DNA of 64,000 nucleotides. It comes from Macrostomum hystrix. Taxonomy: Eukaryota > Animalia > Platyhelminthes. Shown here in pieces: positions 59,465 to 64,000 of this stretch. Location of the stretch: positions 9,548,001 to 9,612,000 of the forward strand of contig CATNEN010000038.1 of the NCBI GenBank assembly GCA_950097015.1, in the 5' to 3' direction. Position 1 is the first letter of the stretch. Every line of letters begins with the position of its first letter. The notes below the pieces were generated by a model, which saw only the letters and a program-made list of their open reading frames with translations, ran no database searches and was not told the origin of the DNA. The translations under genes and the position numbers were made by a program.

Positions 59465-59582
59465 TACGCAGCCTTCGGAGCCGCGGCTGTGCTGTCGGCT
59501 GCACATCTGACCCGATTGGGCAGGTTTAATCAATTAATATTAGTATTATATATTTTTTTTATCTTATTCTTATTATTATTAA
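59465..59582 (+). mobile_element. 3' end of SINE family 1 with ATT-rich tail
   Basis: acgcagccttc..gcggctgtgctgtcggct..ggcaggtttaatcaatta matches the reverse complement of 925-1020. Confidence 0.7.
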
Positions 59583-59662
59583 TTTTATCTATGAACTTCA
59601 AGCTGCAAGCTCCAAAGCCACATTAAAGGATGACAACTAAAGGCTCTAGATTGGAGCCTAAG

Positions 59663-59880
59663 ATCAATCCTCAAGGTCAATCCTCAAGGTCAATCCTCAA
59701 GGTCAATCCTCAAGGTCAATCCTCAAGGTCAATCCTCAAGGTCAATCCTCAAGGTCAATCCTCAAGGTCAATCTTCAAGGTCAATCCTCAAGTTCAATCC
59801 TCAAGGTCAATCCTCAAGGTCAATCCTCAAGGTCAATCCTCAAGGTCAATCCTCAAGGTCAATCCTCAAGGTCAATCCTC
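59663..59880 (+). repeat. 13-bp minisatellite TCAATCCTCAAGG (~17 copies)
   Basis: Direct tandem repetition. Confidence 0.95.
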
Positions 59881-60218
59881 TCCGGGGGTGAGATGTCTCA
59901 GCGTTTCTCGTCGACTGGATCGACCAGCTACTGATTTCAGTTGGTTTGGTTCGAGGATTGACCGCAGGCTCCGTCCAAGAGTCTAAAAACGACATCCTCT
60001 TTGTTTCCCACCAAGATTGACGTAAAAGTCGTGAGTTTTCTAGCATTCGAAGCTATCGCAAACTAGTTGTAATAATTTCGCGAAGGCATGATAGGCTCAA
60101 CCTGATCCTTTTTATTTGCCTGTTCACAAATTAGGTGTTGAATAATCTAGGTGTTGTTCTAAAAAATCAATCGCTCCTTCGAAAGTCCGCGCCTGTTTTC
60201 TGTCACCAGAACGCCCAA

Positions 60219-61162
60219 TCAGTCGCCAATGAGGCACTCAAACGTCTTCAGCGAATACGTCATAGAGAGCGCAGTTGACCCAGACTGGTTCAGATAGTAA
60301 TATATGCCAGACTCAGAGGAAAAGAAACTTGGATTATCTCGATAGATCCCGTTCGGTTGGAGAAACGTGCAATGCCCGAACCACCAGCCTGAAGACAAGG
60401 CCTGGGCGCAGCTGCCCAAATTCCAGACGTCATTGTCGTAGTCCGCTGTGCTGAACTGCTGGTTGTTCGGCGAAAATTTTACTTCCGTCCGCTGGCCGAC
60501 GCTCGACCTGTTGGCGTCCAGTGGCCCCATGGAGGCCCTGTATTTGTCGGCCGCTGGGCCAACAGAGAACTGCACATTCTCAGCCCAGTACCAGTTGTCA
60601 TTCCAGTCGCTGAACTCCCAACGAACTCTCCACTTTCGGTGAGCGGTGAGCTGGTGCAGCTGCTCCAGTCCCATCCAGTAGTTGAGGCTCTCGCCCTGAC
60701 CGAATCCGTTGACGTACTCGGACCAGCTGCGGTTGAAGCTGACGGAGCCGTCGACTCGGTGCTGGAAGGTGCGCCAGCAGCACGACTGTGGAGTTTTCAG
60801 CTGGAACGCGAGTGAATGGGAGAGCATGTCAATAAGAATTTCCTTGATTCCTGAGGAATGACAACAATTAGTTGAAGCAAACTTGCCCACAGCAGCGGCA
60901 GGCTGAAGTTGCTGGCGTGCCGGCACTTCCTGCAGCCGCTGATTCCCAGACTGCAGGCCAGCAGCGAGCAGAAGGTCGACGCTGCGTCGAAGAGCACCGC
61001 GTCCGCATTCACAGCCATCGCTATGCAGTGGATGTCGCTCTCAGCTGTCCTGACTGCCAGCAGCTTGTACTCGTCCAGTTTGTCCCGTTGGAGCGTCCAG
61101 TCCGAGTCTGCAGCCGCTGCTGATGACAGCAGAGCACAGCTCAGGACCAAGAGTCTCAGCAT
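60219..61162 (-). CDS. Secreted fibrinogen-related domain (FReD) protein with an N-terminal Cys-rich (PAN/apple-like) module (exons 61162-60887, 60800-60219; ~285 aa)
   Basis: Signal peptide MLRLLVLSCALLSSAAAA. FReD motifs FQHRVDGSVSFNRSWSEYVNGFG, YWMGLEQLHQLT, FSTADYDND and GWWF. The join needs a GC-AG intron. Confidence 0.8.
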
Positions 61163-61524
61163 TTCAGAATCAGCACACTTGTCAGCCTCCAATGTCTGAC
61201 TTTTTTAAGCTCGCTCAGTTGGTTTAAACAGCTTTTAGGGGCCTAATGAGTTCTTTGTATACTAAATAAAACTGGGTGCTGAGTGCTCTAAATGGGACCA
61301 TCTGTATTCAGGAAAGTTTGCATCATCCTATTTGGAAGCAGTTTATTTGTTTAGAATTCTACAGTCAACAGAGAATTAAGTTGTCGAATATGCTTCACTG
61401 TTTCATTTTAACTGATAAACCAGAAAACATTCGCAAAGTTATTTATAAAGCGATCATTGAAAAGCAATTTAGCTGCTCTGCAAAGCAACTGCTGAGTAGC
61501 TTGAGTAGCCACTTACTAACTTGA

Positions 61525-61730
61525 CTTGTAGCCTAGCCGTTAGAGCTTCGGACTCAAGACTTGGCTGTTCGTGTGTTTTTATTCCCTAATAATTTGGAAG
61601 GATTAGTGCCATTAAGCAAGCCACTTAACTCAGCATTGCTTCAGTTCACCCAGCAATTAAATGGGCGCTAAGCATCAGCAGGTAATTAATGGTGAGTAAT
61701 GCGCAACCCCAGTCCATGGACTGAACAGTT
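61525..61730 (+). mobile_element. Diverged SINE family 1 copy
   Basis: tgtagcctagccgttag head, gcaagccacttaactcagcattgcttcagttcacccagc core, cagtccatggactgaacag. Confidence 0.7.
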
Positions 61731-63293
61731 GTTTTTGAGAACATTGAGAAATTTTACAATATTAATCGATGCAAAGTCAATACATAGAATGTCTCTTGCA
61801 AGACTTCCTGTTTCAAAAAGCGACATTCTTAAAGCCAGATAGCATCTACTTTAAGTAGTAATTATAAGTAAAAGTTAAACTTTTTTAGTCGCCAGCCTTC
61901 ACTTCCAAAGACATTTTGAGTGGCAAGCTTGAGATCGCGTCGAATTTCGAGTGCCCGAATTTCGCTCCGACGGGGGCAAGCCGAGGCCCTGTCCAGCTTT
62001 CTTGTCGAGTGTTTTTTCCGCTCTCTTTTCTTCCTCGTCAAATTTCTGCCCGTCGGAACTCTTGCGGTCTGTGAGCTGAAAGCTGTGAGCTGATCCCCGC
62101 TAAGCCGAGCGTGAGGACGCGTGAGCCGGGGGGGACGCGAGTGGAGAGGAAGAGGCCTAAAATTTATCCCCACTCATCATCGAACTCGATGGAGCTTGCC
62201 TTCCCCCTGATGCGTGGGAAACCCAAGGCCAGGAGCGCAGCAGATTTACTGGGAGTGAGACCCTGGCTGGGAAGATCGAGCAGACGATGAAGTAGTCGGA
62301 AGTTCTGCTCTGTGCTCTGGGTAGATTCGGGAGTGAGGAGTTGGGGTCAGCTACCCTTCGCCAGCCGAACCGACTAAGATTCCATCAATAAGTTTATCCA
62401 TTTATCTGTTCCATCAGTTTCCCGTCAGTCCGTGCTCATCCATTTCCCAGCTGCTATCACTGAGCTTCACAATCTGAGCTGTTCAGAAAATGTAACGACA
62501 AAAGCTAATTATTTACGAGCTGCAATCAGTTTGAGTGCTAGATAACATGATAACATAGATAACGTACTTTTCAAAATTCGAGATCTGAGATTCGAGATTG
62601 GAATAATTGAATATTTGCATTCGGAACAATGGCGCATGAAAGTCAGCAGCACTTTCCAAGCTCGATCTAGACACACTCATCGGTCATCAGTCACGTGCCA
62701 TTTGTGTAATCAGCGCAGTCACCGCTGGCCATGCAGCAGTTTCCCCCCAAATAGCCTACAGGGAATAAGGATAGAAACATGACTAGCTGGGCGAAATGCC
62801 CTTTTCCTGTTCCGATCCCAAATCCCAGTCAGACACAGAAGCCCCTGGGCTCGCTCAATACATTGCTTAGTTCCGCGGGGGAATTCGCTAAGGGCCAGAG
62901 AATACCGCCGCTGCTGTTGCTGCTGTCCGTGCCGCAGGCATGTCTGATGCGCGCACTAGGAGAGGCGAAAAAATCCCCTCGCCTGTTTTCCCATCTGTCT
63001 GGAGCGGAGGGGAGAGGGGAGTGGAGAGATAGTGATGTTTGGGCAGAGGGAATCGTCACCCCTCACTCCCAACTGCCCTCGTCCTATTTGTAGCCATGCC
63101 ATCTGCTTTTTCAGGCAGGCAAGCAAAGCAAAACTCTAAATTATTCGGGACAGCTTAAAACGGACGTCTACTTCCCTCACCCGACATGTGGTGAAAGATA
63201 CAAAATATCCTTGTCTAAACGAGAGAAGCTTTTTGTGAAGGCAATTTACACTCATATAAACAGAATTTTTCTCAGCATCAGAGCAAAGGCACA

Positions 63294-63680
63294 ATGCAGA
63301 ACAGCAATCAAATTGACGCCCTTGTCGCATCGGAAACCAATCGTCTCATTCTACGCTCCGGTGCGTCCAGGAGCGTCGACGCGCAGTCTAGGTCGAAACA
63401 GTTCCTGAACACCATGCCAGCTTCGCATTCGGCATCTCTGAAATCACCGTCCTCGAATATGTCGACTGCCGAAGCTCTGGCTCCGGGCATCGTCGGCGCT
63501 GTGGCCTTCTTTCTGGTGATGTTCGCCCTGGTGGCAGCCTACTGGCGCTGCGGAAGATTCCGTGATAACTCGCCGCACTTCCGAAAGCGACGGCGGACCA
63601 GGCCGTGGGAAGCGGCCGCAGCCGAGTCTGATGACGGCGGCTGTCGGATAACCGTCAATCCGTTGGAGGAGGAGATCGAG
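63294..63680 (+). CDS. First coding exon of a probable single-pass membrane protein (continues beyond the window)
   Basis: TM GIVGAVAFFLVMFALVAAYW followed by basic RKRRR; donor GAG|GTAATA at 63680. Start could be 63294, 63414 or 63459. Confidence 0.45.
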
Positions 63681-63684
63681 GTAA

Positions 63685-64000
63685 TAAAAATAAAAATAAT
63701 AATTGCAGGGCTGCGGGCAATGGCACATCGTTTAGTGACACTAGACCCGCAGCCAGCGAGGAGGCAATTCTGCCCATTTCGCTGACTCCTGAGCACACAC
63801 GCACACAGATACTGTACGCAGGCACACACTCACACAGGTGTGTACATCTGCCCTGACTTTCTCATCGTCAGGCAGTGTACACTCTCACTGTGCCTTGGAA
63901 GTTGGCCCACACACAAGGGCGTAAATTTCACGACAAGCCCGCAAGCCTTCTCTCCCCGGCTGCGCCCCAAATAAATGTGGCCTCGCCGTGGAATCGAACT
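63685..64000 (-). mobile_element. SINE family 2 (5' head runs off the window)
   Basis: High similarity to 49705-50000; AT-rich tail at 63685-63703. Confidence 0.8.

Noticed and set aside
63852-63872. Hammerhead ribozyme (minus strand CTGACGA..GAAA)
   Set aside because: Only 3 nt lie between CUGANGA and GAAA, so stem II cannot form; a simple hairpin explains the sequence.

Overview
Eukaryotic (animal) genomic DNA with GC-rich spliced exons, AT-rich intergenic tracts and very many 13-26-bp minisatellite arrays. This overall style suggests a free-living flatworm such as Macrostomum (inference only). Recognisable genes: an intronless rhodopsin-like GPCR, PBK/TOPK kinase (-), a same-strand trio G6PD-TECR-UBR7 (+), two tandem 7-exon astacin metalloproteases (-), a phospholipase B-like Ntn hydrolase (-), a type II membrane GT32-like protein (+), a secreted Cys-rich/fibrinogen-domain protein (-), and a few unknown ORFs. 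Mobile DNA comprises an apparently intact IS630/Tc1/mariner element with DD30E spacing, two MITEs (one with a 9-bp TSD) and two tRNA-derived SINE families. Main leads: (1) a candidate SL-trans-spliced operon (G6PD-TECR-UBR7); (2) two inverted satellite arrays sharing a telomere-like core; (3) astacin paralogs with 3' homogenisation, contrasting intron fillers and an E->Q change in the family motif; (4) a TAGGCCTA cluster in the divergent PBK/G6PD spacer. All exon boundaries were read by eye and need RNA-seq confirmation.
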